DNA of 35,515 bases from a virus (taxonomy: Duplodnaviria; Caudoviricetes), in the IMG/VR virus record IMGVR_UViG_3300016476_000254, positions 1-35,515 of that record; one strand, written 5' to 3'. Made by a program: the position numbers and the translations under genes. Below are positions 20,001 through 27,972 of the stretch, one piece after another (positions within the stretch are counted from its first letter, which is position 1; the number at the start of each line of letters is the position of its first letter). The notes under the pieces were generated by a model. The model was not told the DNA's origin and did not search any database. It was given only the letters and a program-made list of their open reading frames with translations.

Positions 20001-20459
20001 ATGGATCCGCTCACAGTCTTGGCTACTGCTAAAGCTGCGGCTGCGGGCATCTCGACAGCTCTCAAGCTAGGCAAAGATGTCACTGCCATAGTCAAGGACA
20101 TGAGTACCTTGATGAAGGCAGAAGGAGATCTAGCTCGGCTAGCTGCCGATCCACCTCGAGGTTGGGGTCAGAAAGAAAGTGCGGAGGAGATTGCTCTCAA
20201 GGCTTTTACGGCAAAGCGTGAAGCCGAGATGATGCGCAATACAGTCAAGAATGAGATTGTAGCGCAGTATGGCATAACTGCTTGGGAGCAGATCCAGCAA
20301 GAGATTACACGAATTCGCAAAGCCCAGAAGGAGGCAGCGCGTAAAGAGGCAGAGGAACGGGCCGCACATTTGCAAATGTTAATGTGGGCTGTTCCCGCTG
20401 TTGGCATACCATTCATAATCTTGATTGTGATTGTGGTTGCCATTGTTCGTAATAGTTAG
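20001..20459 (+). CDS. Hypothetical protein with coiled coil and C-terminal transmembrane helix
   Basis: MDPLT start after AAGGA; hydrophobic C-terminus. Confidence 0.7.
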   Translation: MDPLTVLATAKAAAAGISTALKLGKDVTAIVKDMSTLMKAEGDLARLAADPPRGWGQKESAEEIALKAFTAKREAEMMRNTVKNEIVAQYGITAWEQIQQEITRIRKAQKEAARKEAEERAAHLQMLMWAVPAVGIPFIILIVIVVAIVRNS

Positions 20460-20469
20460 GGAGGATGAC

Positions 20470-20994
20470 ATGGACTTTAGTAAACTTGGTGGGCTGATCT
20501 CATCGGTTGCACCTACACTAGCCACTGCTATTGGCGGTCCTTTGGCTGGCCTTGCAGTCAAGACTGTCTCAAATGTTTTGCTTGGCCGACCCGATGGATC
20601 TCAAGAAGAACTTGAGAAGGCTATCCAGACGGCTACGCCTGAGCAGATCTTGCAGCTCAAGAAAACAGATGCCGACTTCCGCATTCGCATGAAGGAACTC
20701 GACATTGATCTTGAGAAGATTGCTGCCCAGGACAGAAGCGAAGCCCGTCAAAAAGAAACTACAACCCGCGATTGGACGCCGCGAATCCTGGCTTTCATTG
20801 TGGTTGGTGGCTTCTTTGGTTGCTTGGCTTGGATGCTGCTGCGCGGAATGCCGCAGTCAGGAACCGAAGCCATTCTCATGATGCTCGGTGCCCTGACAAA
20901 TACTGTCACCGCTGTCATCGCCTACTACTTTGGATCTAGTGCTGGTCGCGAGAAGGGATCAGGTACGGGATCTGGTCAACTGGGAGTTAAGTAA
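20470..20994 (+). CDS. Holin-like membrane protein
   Basis: VAPTLATAIGGPLAG N-terminus, two TM helices, YYFGSS; adjacent to the endolysin. Confidence 0.7.
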   Translation: MDFSKLGGLISSVAPTLATAIGGPLAGLAVKTVSNVLLGRPDGSQEELEKAIQTATPEQILQLKKTDADFRIRMKELDIDLEKIAAQDRSEARQKETTTRDWTPRILAFIVVGGFFGCLAWMLLRGMPQSGTEAILMMLGALTNTVTAVIAYYFGSSAGREKGSGTGSGQLGVK

Positions 20995-21506
20995 TGCGCG
21001 AGAACTTTGAAGCTAGCTTTAAACATCTGCTTAAACATGAGGGTGGCTTTGTTAATCACCCTCGTGATCCAGGTGGCATGACAAATCTTGGCGTGACCAA
21101 GCGAGCCTGGGAAGAGTATGTCGGCCATGAGGTCGATGAAGCTGAGATGCGTAGCCTTACCCCTGAGAAGGTAGCCCCATTCTACAAGGCTCGATACTGG
21201 GACAAGGTTAAGGGCGATGATCTACCTGGTGGGGTAGACCATGCCATTTTTGACTATGCTGTGAACAGTGGCGTAGGACGCGCAGCGAAGGCTCTACAGG
21301 CCGCTGCTGGCGTAACGGTAGACGGTGCCATCGGACCTAAGACCCTGGCTGCTGTGGCTTCTAAAGACCCTGAGGATATGGTCGATGCTATCTGTGATGG
21401 TCGCATGGCTTTTCTACGCAGCCTAAATACTTTCGATACCTTTGGTAAGGGTTGGACTCGTCGAGTTACCGAGGTTGAGGATCAGGCTAGAGACTTCATG
21501 GCTTGA
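20994..21506 (+). CDS. Endolysin, glycoside hydrolase family 108 with C-terminal peptidoglycan-binding domain
   Basis: HEGGFVNHPRDPGGMTNLGVT, FDYAVNSG, DGAIGPKT, FGKGWTRR. Confidence 0.93.
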   Translation: MRENFEASFKHLLKHEGGFVNHPRDPGGMTNLGVTKRAWEEYVGHEVDEAEMRSLTPEKVAPFYKARYWDKVKGDDLPGGVDHAIFDYAVNSGVGRAAKALQAAAGVTVDGAIGPKTLAAVASKDPEDMVDAICDGRMAFLRSLNTFDTFGKGWTRRVTEVEDQARDFMA

Positions 21507-21534
21507 TGATCGGCGGCCCCTTTGACCGATCATC
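21505..21534. terminator. Hairpin at the convergence of the late and early operons
   Basis: GATGATCGG (21505-21513) pairs with CCGATCATC (21526-21534); no clear U-tract. Confidence 0.4.
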
Positions 21535-22003
21535 TTGACTGGCGCAGCGGTATCCTCCCTGCCGCTGCGCCTTTTTCTATGATATCCTTGAGCTTAGCTT
21601 TATGATCTGCTATTAGGCCATAGCCAAAGTTTCGATAGTTGATAACATCAACATCATAGAACGCCAGCTTCTTACGTAGATTGCAGATAGTAACCTTTAC
21701 TCTTCCAGATACAGCGGCCTCATCCGAGGATCGTTTAGTATCGACGACCTCCATTGCCATATCTAAATGTTCCTGCGAACACTTTTCTGTACGATACATG
21801 GCAAATAAAAGAGCAGCCTCCTGTTGCGTCAGTGACATGGTGTAGAGAAAAGGATTATGCTCTGGATAGATAAGATCATTTAGATATTTGATCTCATCTT
21901 GCAGTCGATTGATCTCGTCAATGGCTAACTTAATCATAGGGTCTCGTAAGAAACTCCATGCATCTTCTAGTTGAGCCAGGACTTTTTTAGTTTCATCACT
22001 CAT
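21530..22003 (-). CDS. Winged-helix (OmpR/PhoB-type, CtrA-like) DNA-binding protein lacking a receiver domain
   Basis: SLTQQEAALL...VKVTICNLRKKL...INYRNFGYGL; the start MSDE lies within a linker repeat. Confidence 0.72.
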   Translation of the reverse strand: MSDETKKVLAQLEDAWSFLRDPMIKLAIDEINRLQDEIKYLNDLIYPEHNPFLYTMSLTQQEAALLFAMYRTEKCSQEHLDMAMEVVDTKRSSDEAAVSGRVKVTICNLRKKLAFYDVDVINYRNFGYGLIADHKAKLKDIIEKGAAAGRIPLRQSR

Positions 22004-22032
22004 CTTTCTTCTCCCCTGCAAGCGCGGCGCGG
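21996..22032 (-). repeat. Gene-junction linker repeat, copy 1 (others at 22240-22269 and 22890-22926)
   Basis: Minus strand CCGCGCCGCGCTTGCAGGGGAGAAGAAAGATGAGTGA; one mismatch to each other copy over the aligned length. Confidence 0.95.
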
Positions 22033-22247
22033 ATTTCCCAAAAACCTTTTGGTATCAGTGAATGTTCACGCCAACGAAAAGGCGCTGGACCAACAAACCA
22101 AGCAGGAGGGTAAAAATAACGCCTGAATACGGGACGCAACCAAACTATCCCACCTTCTTCAAGTCGCACTGGAAACCATGCAAATACGCGCTTCCATTCA
22201 GAGGCAACACCTTCTTGTATGTGCAAAGGAATATTTTGTTCATTCAT
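21996..22247 (-). CDS. Hypothetical small protein (cassette gene)
   Basis: 83 aa, MNEQ...WKRVFAWFPVRL...ALAGEKKDE; begins and ends in linker repeats. Confidence 0.75.
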   Translation of the reverse strand: MNEQNIPLHIQEGVASEWKRVFAWFPVRLEEGGIVWLRPVFRRYFYPPAWFVGPAPFRWREHSLIPKGFWEIRAALAGEKKDE

Positions 22248-22485
22248 CTTTCTTCTCCCCTGCAAGCGCATGACTGGCTATGTCTTGCGCTACCCATAAA
22301 GCAAGATTTTCTGTTGCTGACCCAACTTGCAGGATTTCCCGCAGCGCCGCTTCCAGCGCCTCAATGCGGTCGGCGGCTTCTTCGCATTTGTTCCAAGCAA
22401 CGCCTATTGGCAAACTGCTGCGCGGGATGATCCGCAACATTTCCACCAAAGTGTATGGCGGTTTTTTGTTATTTCTCTCCAACAT
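22240..22485 (-). CDS. Hypothetical small protein (cassette gene)
   Basis: 81 aa with EAADRIEALEAALREI and ALAGEKKDE; GGAGG RBS. Confidence 0.75.
   Translation of the reverse strand: MLERNNKKPPYTLVEMLRIIPRSSLPIGVAWNKCEEAADRIEALEAALREILQVGSATENLALWVAQDIASHALAGEKKDE
22337..22379 (-). repeat. 43-bp intragenic repeat (identical copy 22996-23038; 18-bp partial copy 22805-22822)
   Basis: TCCCGCAGCGCCGCTTCCAGCGCCTCAATGCGGTCGGCGGCTT encodes AADRIEALEAALRE on the minus strand. Confidence 0.95.
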
Positions 22486-22897
22486 CTTCGCCTCCTAATC
22501 CAGCAGCCCAGTGTGTAAGCATCACCGCCGCGACGCTGTATTTCACCCAGCTTGTGTCGTTTTCTTCATCAACGGACCACCACTGGCTCTGCTTTGCTGC
22601 CTCGTCTAGTGCTTCAATCGCCTTACCAATCGGGGCAGGCAGAGGCACTTCGCCCGGTTTATATTTGTCATCGTAATTGCGCGACATCTCAATTCCACGG
22701 CCACGCATTTCCATTGATAAAGCATCAGCAAGCAAGCGCCGCGCTTCATTGTGCTTGTCATGCCAAAGCAAACCAAATGCCATCAAGATTAACTTATCCT
22801 GCTGCTCAATGCGGTCGGCGGCAATGTGGTGCATATGCGGCTCAAATGACGCATGATCTCCAAGCCAACGCAATTGCTTCACAAGCTCTTCACTCAT
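22469..22897 (-). CDS. Hypothetical protein (cassette gene)
   Basis: 142 aa, MSEELVKQLR...AADRIE; start lies within linker repeat copy 3. Confidence 0.72.
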   Translation of the reverse strand: MSEELVKQLRWLGDHASFEPHMHHIAADRIEQQDKLILMAFGLLWHDKHNEARRLLADALSMEMRGRGIEMSRNYDDKYKPGEVPLPAPIGKAIEALDEAAKQSQWWSVDEENDTSWVKYSVAAVMLTHWAAGLGGEDVGEK

Positions 22898-23111
22898 CTT
22901 TCTTCTCCCCTGCAATCGCGGCGCGGGCTTCAGCACATACTTCCGCAAACAACTCTGCGTAAGACTTTTCAACGTCACGCGGGCCATCGCATATCTCCCG
23001 CAGCGCCGCTTCCAGCGCCTCAATGCGGTCGGCGGCTTGTTCTGCCGTGCGTCCCGGTTCACGCCACCAGTCTTTTACTTCACGCAGTCGCTTCACAAGA
23101 TCATCGGTCAT
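22890..23111 (-). CDS. Hypothetical small protein (cassette gene)
   Basis: 73 aa, MTDDLVKRLR...AADRIEALEAALREI...ARAAIAGEKKDE. Confidence 0.78.
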   Translation of the reverse strand: MTDDLVKRLREVKDWWREPGRTAEQAADRIEALEAALREICDGPRDVEKSYAELFAEVCAEARAAIAGEKKDE

Positions 23112-23337
23112 TGGTGCTATCCCTTAGAAGAGCATCATACGCCCAGTTAGCTAGATCTTCTTCATCAGATCTATTGGACTCGGCAATGTCACGCAGAGCA
23201 GCACGTAAAAAAGCTACGCGATCTTCAAGCGTATATATTTGTTCTTCTAGTCTCTCGACTTCAGACGCCATCGCAGTCGGGATATACCTGGACAGCAGTC
23301 TTTGCAGTTTCAACATTAGCATTGATAGATCCTCCAC
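23101..23337 (-). CDS. Hypothetical coiled-coil protein (start uncertain)
   Basis: EVERLEEQ...LRAALRDIA resembles the cassette genes; packed into the operon. Confidence 0.6.
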   Translation of the reverse strand: MEDLSMLMLKLQRLLSRYIPTAMASEVERLEEQIYTLEDRVAFLRAALRDIAESNRSDEEDLANWAYDALLRDSTNDR

Positions 23338-23830
23338 TTAGATCACGCATCATCTCTGCAATGATCTCATCTATGTTATGCGGTGTCTTACGAATGGCAT
23401 GAAGCACAGTCGTATGATCCCGCCCACCAGACAACTTGCCCATCTGAGGCAAGCTCATTGGCGTTACCTTTTTGGCAATCTGCCAGACTAGTTGCCTGTT
23501 ATGACAAAGATCATTGGTTCTGCGTTGTGAGAACAGTTCCATCTTTGTATAACCAGAGCGCAAGCACACCCATTTCACAATGTCATGGAACTTGATGTGC
23601 TCTGGATTGAATGCTGGTTTTAGATTCAAGCTGCTAAGATCAGGGAATGCAGCACGAATCTGGAAGGGATTAGCCGGTGGTGGTAACACCGGCTTCTTTG
23701 CTTCCACTTTCTTTTTATTTTCTTCTACTTGTTTGCGAAACTCCAAGGCGCGATTAACAATGTTAGGCTTGCCCTGCATTGCATCACGAATTCTTTTATA
23801 GTTTGCTTGGATCTGTTCCACCGTTTCCAT
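23261..23830 (-). CDS. Protein with a DnaA C-terminal (domain IV) HTH and no AAA+ domain
   Basis: ELFSQRRT...RQ...MSLPQMGKLSGGRDHTTVLHAIRK, matching the DnaA domain IV signature. Confidence 0.88.
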   Translation of the reverse strand: METVEQIQANYKRIRDAMQGKPNIVNRALEFRKQVEENKKKVEAKKPVLPPPANPFQIRAAFPDLSSLNLKPAFNPEHIKFHDIVKWVCLRSGYTKMELFSQRRTNDLCHNRQLVWQIAKKVTPMSLPQMGKLSGGRDHTTVLHAIRKTPHNIDEIIAEMMRDLSGGSINANVETAKTAVQVYPDCDGV

Positions 23831-24074
23831 TTGAATACCCCAGACTGTTTGAGTACGAACGCAACAGAGAGTTATATTCCTTGAGCAACATGATCTGAGA
23901 CTTGTGAAGTCCATTTACATGCTCAAGAAGGTCAAGGATTAGAGTTGCCACATCACTATTCTCCTGTGCCTTGGCAATCTCTAATGCCCTCTGAGCTAGA
24001 TCAAAGCTCTCTTCTATATGAAACTCAAGTACTTCTTCAGTACTAAGTTGAACCTTGAATCTATCATCAGACAT
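23796..24074 (-). CDS. Hypothetical protein
   Basis: 92 aa from MSDDRF; AAGGAGG RBS. Confidence 0.65.
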   Translation of the reverse strand: MSDDRFKVQLSTEEVLEFHIEESFDLAQRALEIAKAQENSDVATLILDLLEHVNGLHKSQIMLLKEYNSLLRSYSNSLGYSNGNGGTDPSKL

Positions 24075-24477
24075 TAGACTCCTCCTTTGGGATAGGTGCA
24101 AACTTCTTTGCAAGAGCTGCAATGTCATCTTCAATTTGCGGTTCAACCTTAGGCACAAGCACTGCACCACGCCAGCGATCATCGAGATCTGGTCGATAGC
24201 GCATCATCCAGATTAAGAACATTAGCGAGGTCATAGCATGAGCAGCGTGAAGCAAGCCGCTCTCCTGGTCAATGTCCTCACAATCATTGACGGCATGGAG
24301 ATGGCGCATAGCAGCGCCAATCAACCTGGTATATTGAATACCTTCACGCCAGTTCTCTGCGCCGTATTTGTCACGGCCATGCCCAAGCACGGAGGCTACA
24401 GCCTCGAGTGCCGTGCGATCCAGCAAGTGCATTGGCAGTTTGCCTTCGTCATACTTCAAACCTTCTGACATATTCAT
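24067..24477 (-). CDS. dATP/dGTP diphosphohydrolase-like protein (DUF5664-type)
   Basis: GLKYDEGK, G.DKYGAENWREG, AAMRHL, DQESGLLHAAHA. Confidence 0.85.
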   Translation of the reverse strand: MNMSEGLKYDEGKLPMHLLDRTALEAVASVLGHGRDKYGAENWREGIQYTRLIGAAMRHLHAVNDCEDIDQESGLLHAAHAMTSLMFLIWMMRYRPDLDDRWRGAVLVPKVEPQIEDDIAALAKKFAPIPKEESNV

Positions 24478-24492
24478 CTCCTGTCGGTTGAG

Positions 24493-25356
24493 TTACGCTG
24501 CCTCAAGCTGGCCTGTCTGCCAGCATCCTTCTAAAAAATCAGCAGCCTTGGATGCTTGTGCTGCTGCGGTGAACAGTGCCATCTTGTCTTTCTTGGCAAC
24601 CTCAAGCCAGCTCTTGAGATAGCGGGCATGGTCCTCGCGAGTATGGTTGTCGATCTTCCATTCTGCTGCAAGGAATGCTGCACCTAACTCAGCTACCAGT
24701 TCTTCCATTGCATAGGCATCTGACTTGAATCGAGTAGAGAGATCTCGATCAAGTCGATTCTTTGCGCCTGTCCAATGAACAAGCTCATGGAATAGAACCG
24801 AGTAGTAATGATAGCCATCCTTGAACAGACCAAAGTCAGGCATATGGATCAGATCCTTGCTAGGAATATAGCAAGCCTGGTTGTGTCCATGCTCGATATT
24901 GGCATTGGTATACTTAATGAACTGCTCGATGAGTTTGATGCGCTCGCCTTCGCCTATGCTCTGTGGGGGCGTCGGCTCGGCGGCGCATTCACCATCGACC
25001 TGGTTGGCATTGAATACATGAGACAGCTTTGTGACTAGCACCTTTTCTTCTTCGCCTTGATGATTGGTACGATTGTACTCTTTGAAGAAGATGATTGGCG
25101 TACCTTTCTCGCCACGCTTAACTGTGCCGCCCATGTCATGCCACTGTTTGAATGTAGCCCAACGATTAGAGCTATAGTCTTTAACCATCATGGTCAGCCA
25201 ACACATGAGAATGTTGACGCCACGATAGGGTGTCTTGCTCTTGGCATTGGTTGGCACATCGACAGCGACCTTGTGCCATGGCGCTTTCCACTTGCCGGAC
25301 GTATCGTCCATCATCTCGACAAGTCTATTGGTTACTTCCTGATATGCGTCTCTCAT
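24493..25356 (-). CDS. ardC: ArdC-like antirestriction protein (ssDNA-binding domain plus zincin-like metallopeptidase domain)
   Basis: WKAPW, YRGVN, WATFKQW...VKRGEKG, VFNANQ, HELVHWTG, YAMEELVAELGA. Confidence 0.92.
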   Translation of the reverse strand: MRDAYQEVTNRLVEMMDDTSGKWKAPWHKVAVDVPTNAKSKTPYRGVNILMCWLTMMVKDYSSNRWATFKQWHDMGGTVKRGEKGTPIIFFKEYNRTNHQGEEEKVLVTKLSHVFNANQVDGECAAEPTPPQSIGEGERIKLIEQFIKYTNANIEHGHNQACYIPSKDLIHMPDFGLFKDGYHYYSVLFHELVHWTGAKNRLDRDLSTRFKSDAYAMEELVAELGAAFLAAEWKIDNHTREDHARYLKSWLEVAKKDKMALFTAAAQASKAADFLEGCWQTGQLEAA

Positions 25357-25588
25357 AACTTTTCTCCCTTGCTTCGAGACTAACCTTCAGGACATTCAAG
25401 ATGCCAACAATAGTAGAGAGCTTGGCATTTGAACGACCGGCTTCAATGTTGATGATAGAGAGTCGGCTCAAGCCGACCCTCCGTGCTAGCTCATCTTGTG
25501 TGATCTGTAGATCGGCCCGTCGATCACGGATGAGCTTGGCGATCTGACTGCTTGCCGTTTCAGAACGGCATATCTTCATCAAGATCAT
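25325..25588 (-). CDS. XRE-family HTH regulator
   Basis: IRDRR...ITQDELARRVGLSRLSIINIEAG; GGAGG lies upstream of ATG 25588. Confidence 0.85.
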   Translation of the reverse strand: MILMKICRSETASSQIAKLIRDRRADLQITQDELARRVGLSRLSIINIEAGRSNAKLSTIVGILNVLKVSLEAREKSYERRISGSNQ

Positions 25589-25952
25589 AGCTCGTCGCCT
25601 CCTGCTTTTTAGCAGATCCAGCGTCCTCGCTCTTGGTAGAACCAATCAACTGGAACTCACTATTGAATGGACCAAGCACAACTTCCGTTGCTTGCTTCTT
25701 GACGCCATCCTTTTCATAGTCACGGATCTCAAGACTACCTTCGATATAAACCTTGGTGCCTTTCTTTCCGTATGATTGGATGACCTCGACTTTCTTTTGG
25801 TCCCAGACTGCGACGTTGACCCACATCGTAGTCTTTTCTTTTTTGACCCAGCGATTAACTGCGACAGAGAAACGAGCGCATCGCTTGTCTCCGTACTCCT
25901 TGATCTCTGGATCCTTGCCGATGTTACCAATGAGTGTGACCTTGGCTACCAT
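25560..25952 (-). CDS. ssb: Single-stranded DNA-binding protein
   Basis: KVTLIGNIGKDPE, KKGTKVYIEGSL, acidic C-terminal DEDMPF. Confidence 0.95.
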   Translation of the reverse strand: MVAKVTLIGNIGKDPEIKEYGDKRCARFSVAVNRWVKKEKTTMWVNVAVWDQKKVEVIQSYGKKGTKVYIEGSLEIRDYEKDGVKKQATEVVLGPFNSEFQLIGSTKSEDAGSAKKQEATSYDLDEDMPF

Positions 25953-25953
25953 G

Positions 25954-26526
25954 TTATTGCTCCTCTAGTGTTTTGCGCTTCTCAAGATACATCTGACGCA
26001 GCGTTGCAATTTGCGGTGGTGTCAGATGTTCTGCCTTTGCTTTGATGTCGGCAGATACGGCTTCCAATTCTGATGTTACGGTTGCCATGCTGATTGCAAG
26101 TTCAAGCGCACCCATCAATGGATTGCGGTAGGTTGTGACCTGATCCTCATCTGGATCATCACCAGTCTCGAGGCCGAGTGTCTTAAGCAAAGCATACTTA
26201 ACAGCGTAAGACATGGCTTTACCTGGTCCCTTGTCCTGGTCATCAAGTCCATAGCCAAAGCTCTCGACCTCGATGAAATCAGACTGGTCATCTATATTCA
26301 CGAACCGAACCCGCATCTTGCATTCCGTTCGGTTTGCTTGCTGCGCATAGGTTACGCTTACGGGATAGTAGATCACGCCCGCTTCAAGCAAGGCTGGGCG
26401 TACCTTAGATGTCACGCTGTCATGTGAGACAATCGAGTAGCGCATACCCTGCTTCTTTTCTTTCTGGATGTAAGTCACCTTCTGCATTGCTGATGCAAGG
26501 CGTTGGTGAATATTAGAGACGGTCAT
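25954..26526 (-). CDS. erf: ERF-family single-strand annealing protein
   Basis: GLDDQDKGPGKAMSYAVKY...TGDDPD; lies between the exonuclease and ssb genes. Confidence 0.82.
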   Translation of the reverse strand: MTVSNIHQRLASAMQKVTYIQKEKKQGMRYSIVSHDSVTSKVRPALLEAGVIYYPVSVTYAQQANRTECKMRVRFVNIDDQSDFIEVESFGYGLDDQDKGPGKAMSYAVKYALLKTLGLETGDDPDEDQVTTYRNPLMGALELAISMATVTSELEAVSADIKAKAEHLTPPQIATLRQMYLEKRKTLEEQ

Positions 26527-26758
26527 CTGTTCCTCCATAATCTTCATCTGTTCCGAATCCTGCTGATGCAAGGGCATCTCCATCGTCGGGCTCTGTTCCT
26601 TCATCCGGCCCATTATCTAACTCCTTTTCGATTTCCATGCGGAATGAAACTGCCTTGTCAATGAGAGCTTTCATTAGATCATCGGCAGGGTCATTGAAGA
26701 ACTCTTCGACTTGGAATGCAAAGTCGTAGAGCCTCATCATGTAATCATGTCTTGTCAT
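26513..26758 (-). CDS. Hypothetical protein with acidic C-terminus
   Basis: 81 aa ending DDGDALASAGFGTDEDYGGTDDRL; ATGA overlap with the upstream gene. Confidence 0.7.
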   Translation of the reverse strand: MTRHDYMMRLYDFAFQVEEFFNDPADDLMKALIDKAVSFRMEIEKELDNGPDEGTEPDDGDALASAGFGTDEDYGGTDDRL

Positions 26759-27087
26759 TTGAAGTCCCTATGCAGCCAGACAATATGACCACGACCTGAA
26801 TCGCCGCGCTGCTTACGACGACCCGAGTCAACGATGATACCAGCATCCGTCAACTCTGACCGGCGGCTGCGGTATGTTGATCCATTGTGATTGAAGTGCT
26901 CGTTGAGTTCGTAATCTGTGAACCCAAAGTAACTGCGAGTCAGAGCATACTCCTCAACAAGTTGTTGGATCTCGTTAAGCTGCGGCACGATGGACTCGGC
27001 AGCTTGGAAGCTAGTCTCTGGATCGCCAGCACGTACACGCTTGCGAGCCTGTTCGAAGATATCGTCGATCTCTTTGAAGATATTCAT
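26755..27087 (-). CDS. Probable winged-HTH DNA-binding protein
   Basis: RAGDPETSFQAA, TDYEL, RSRRSELTDAGII. Confidence 0.7.
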   Translation of the reverse strand: MNIFKEIDDIFEQARKRVRAGDPETSFQAAESIVPQLNEIQQLVEEYALTRSYFGFTDYELNEHFNHNGSTYRSRRSELTDAGIIVDSGRRKQRGDSGRGHIVWLHRDFK

Positions 27088-27088
27088 C

Positions 27089-27907
27089 TCATGCCTCCTT
27101 AGTTAGACGGATTGTAATGCGACCACGCTTGTCACGCTTGGCTGTGATGCCATGCCCATATGCTTCGGCAACGTCATCCTCAACCAGCTTACGCAACTCA
27201 TCCTTTGCGTCATCGTAGATCTTAGCTGCATCAGCATTGGCTATGATCTTTGCTGCAAGATCTGACCAGTGATTGTTGGTTGTCATATCTGCGACGCGCA
27301 TTGCATCGACCTTGATCGACTCGACCATCTTCTCTGCTCGACCAAGCTGATGAATCGGTATGATGTCTGGCTCCATCTTGTTCTCAACGTGCCACCAGAA
27401 AGCCTTCTCCATCTTGATGAGCTCCTCGATGTAGGTCTCATCTCGATCTACGATGACAACTTGTGGTTCATCATTGCCACGAATGACGGAGAAGTAGCAG
27501 TACGTTACGCCAGTCACAGCCATGTAATGCTGAAGCTGCGCCATGTAATAGCGAGCCTTATCGCTGACATTGACCCCATTGGCTGAGTGCTTCATCTCAA
27601 GGAAGGTATCAAGTTCTGGAAGCCAGCGATCCAGGTTAGCGCACATCCAAGGATGTTCTTTATGATGGCGCAGGTGCATCTCATGCTGGTGGGTATAGCC
27701 CATAGTCTTGGTGAACCATGCGGCATGAAAGTTCTCAGTGTGAAGGCCGAGCTGAACCCGGAATACGCCAGACAAATCTTCCGGTTCAGCGTCGCCTACC
27801 TTCTCACGGTAGAGGTTAACCCAATCGCCTTTCATGATGCGCTGTGCGTCAGATCCACCAATGAACCCGCGACGATTGGTCTGAATAACTGTGCTTGCTA
27901 GTGTCAT
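27089..27907 (-). CDS. YqaJ/lambda-exonuclease-family recombination nuclease
   Basis: RRGFIGGSDA, WMCANLD, LEMK, YYMAQLQHYMAVTG; AAGGAG RBS. Confidence 0.9.
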   Translation of the reverse strand: MTLASTVIQTNRRGFIGGSDAQRIMKGDWVNLYREKVGDAEPEDLSGVFRVQLGLHTENFHAAWFTKTMGYTHQHEMHLRHHKEHPWMCANLDRWLPELDTFLEMKHSANGVNVSDKARYYMAQLQHYMAVTGVTYCYFSVIRGNDEPQVVIVDRDETYIEELIKMEKAFWWHVENKMEPDIIPIHQLGRAEKMVESIKVDAMRVADMTTNNHWSDLAAKIIANADAAKIYDDAKDELRKLVEDDVAEAYGHGITAKRDKRGRITIRLTKEA

Positions 27908-27929
27908 GCTTGGCTCCTTTGTTTACAGA

Positions 27930-27958
27930 ACTATACTGCATTAGTGCTAGTCCTGCAA
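27930..27958 (-). promoter_or_regulatory. Sigma70-type promoter for the recombination operon
   Basis: TTGCAG-17 nt-TATAGT on the minus strand; the -35 box is overlapped by CTGCA-N4-TGCAG (27953-27966). Confidence 0.7.
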
Positions 27959-27972
27959 GTGTGCAGTTGAAA

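Noticed and set aside
21996-23038. Repeats as a CRISPR array or DGR template/variable pair
   Set aside because: Spacing is irregular and gene-sized, the repeats are coding, mismatches are not adenine-specific, and no cas or reverse transcriptase gene is present
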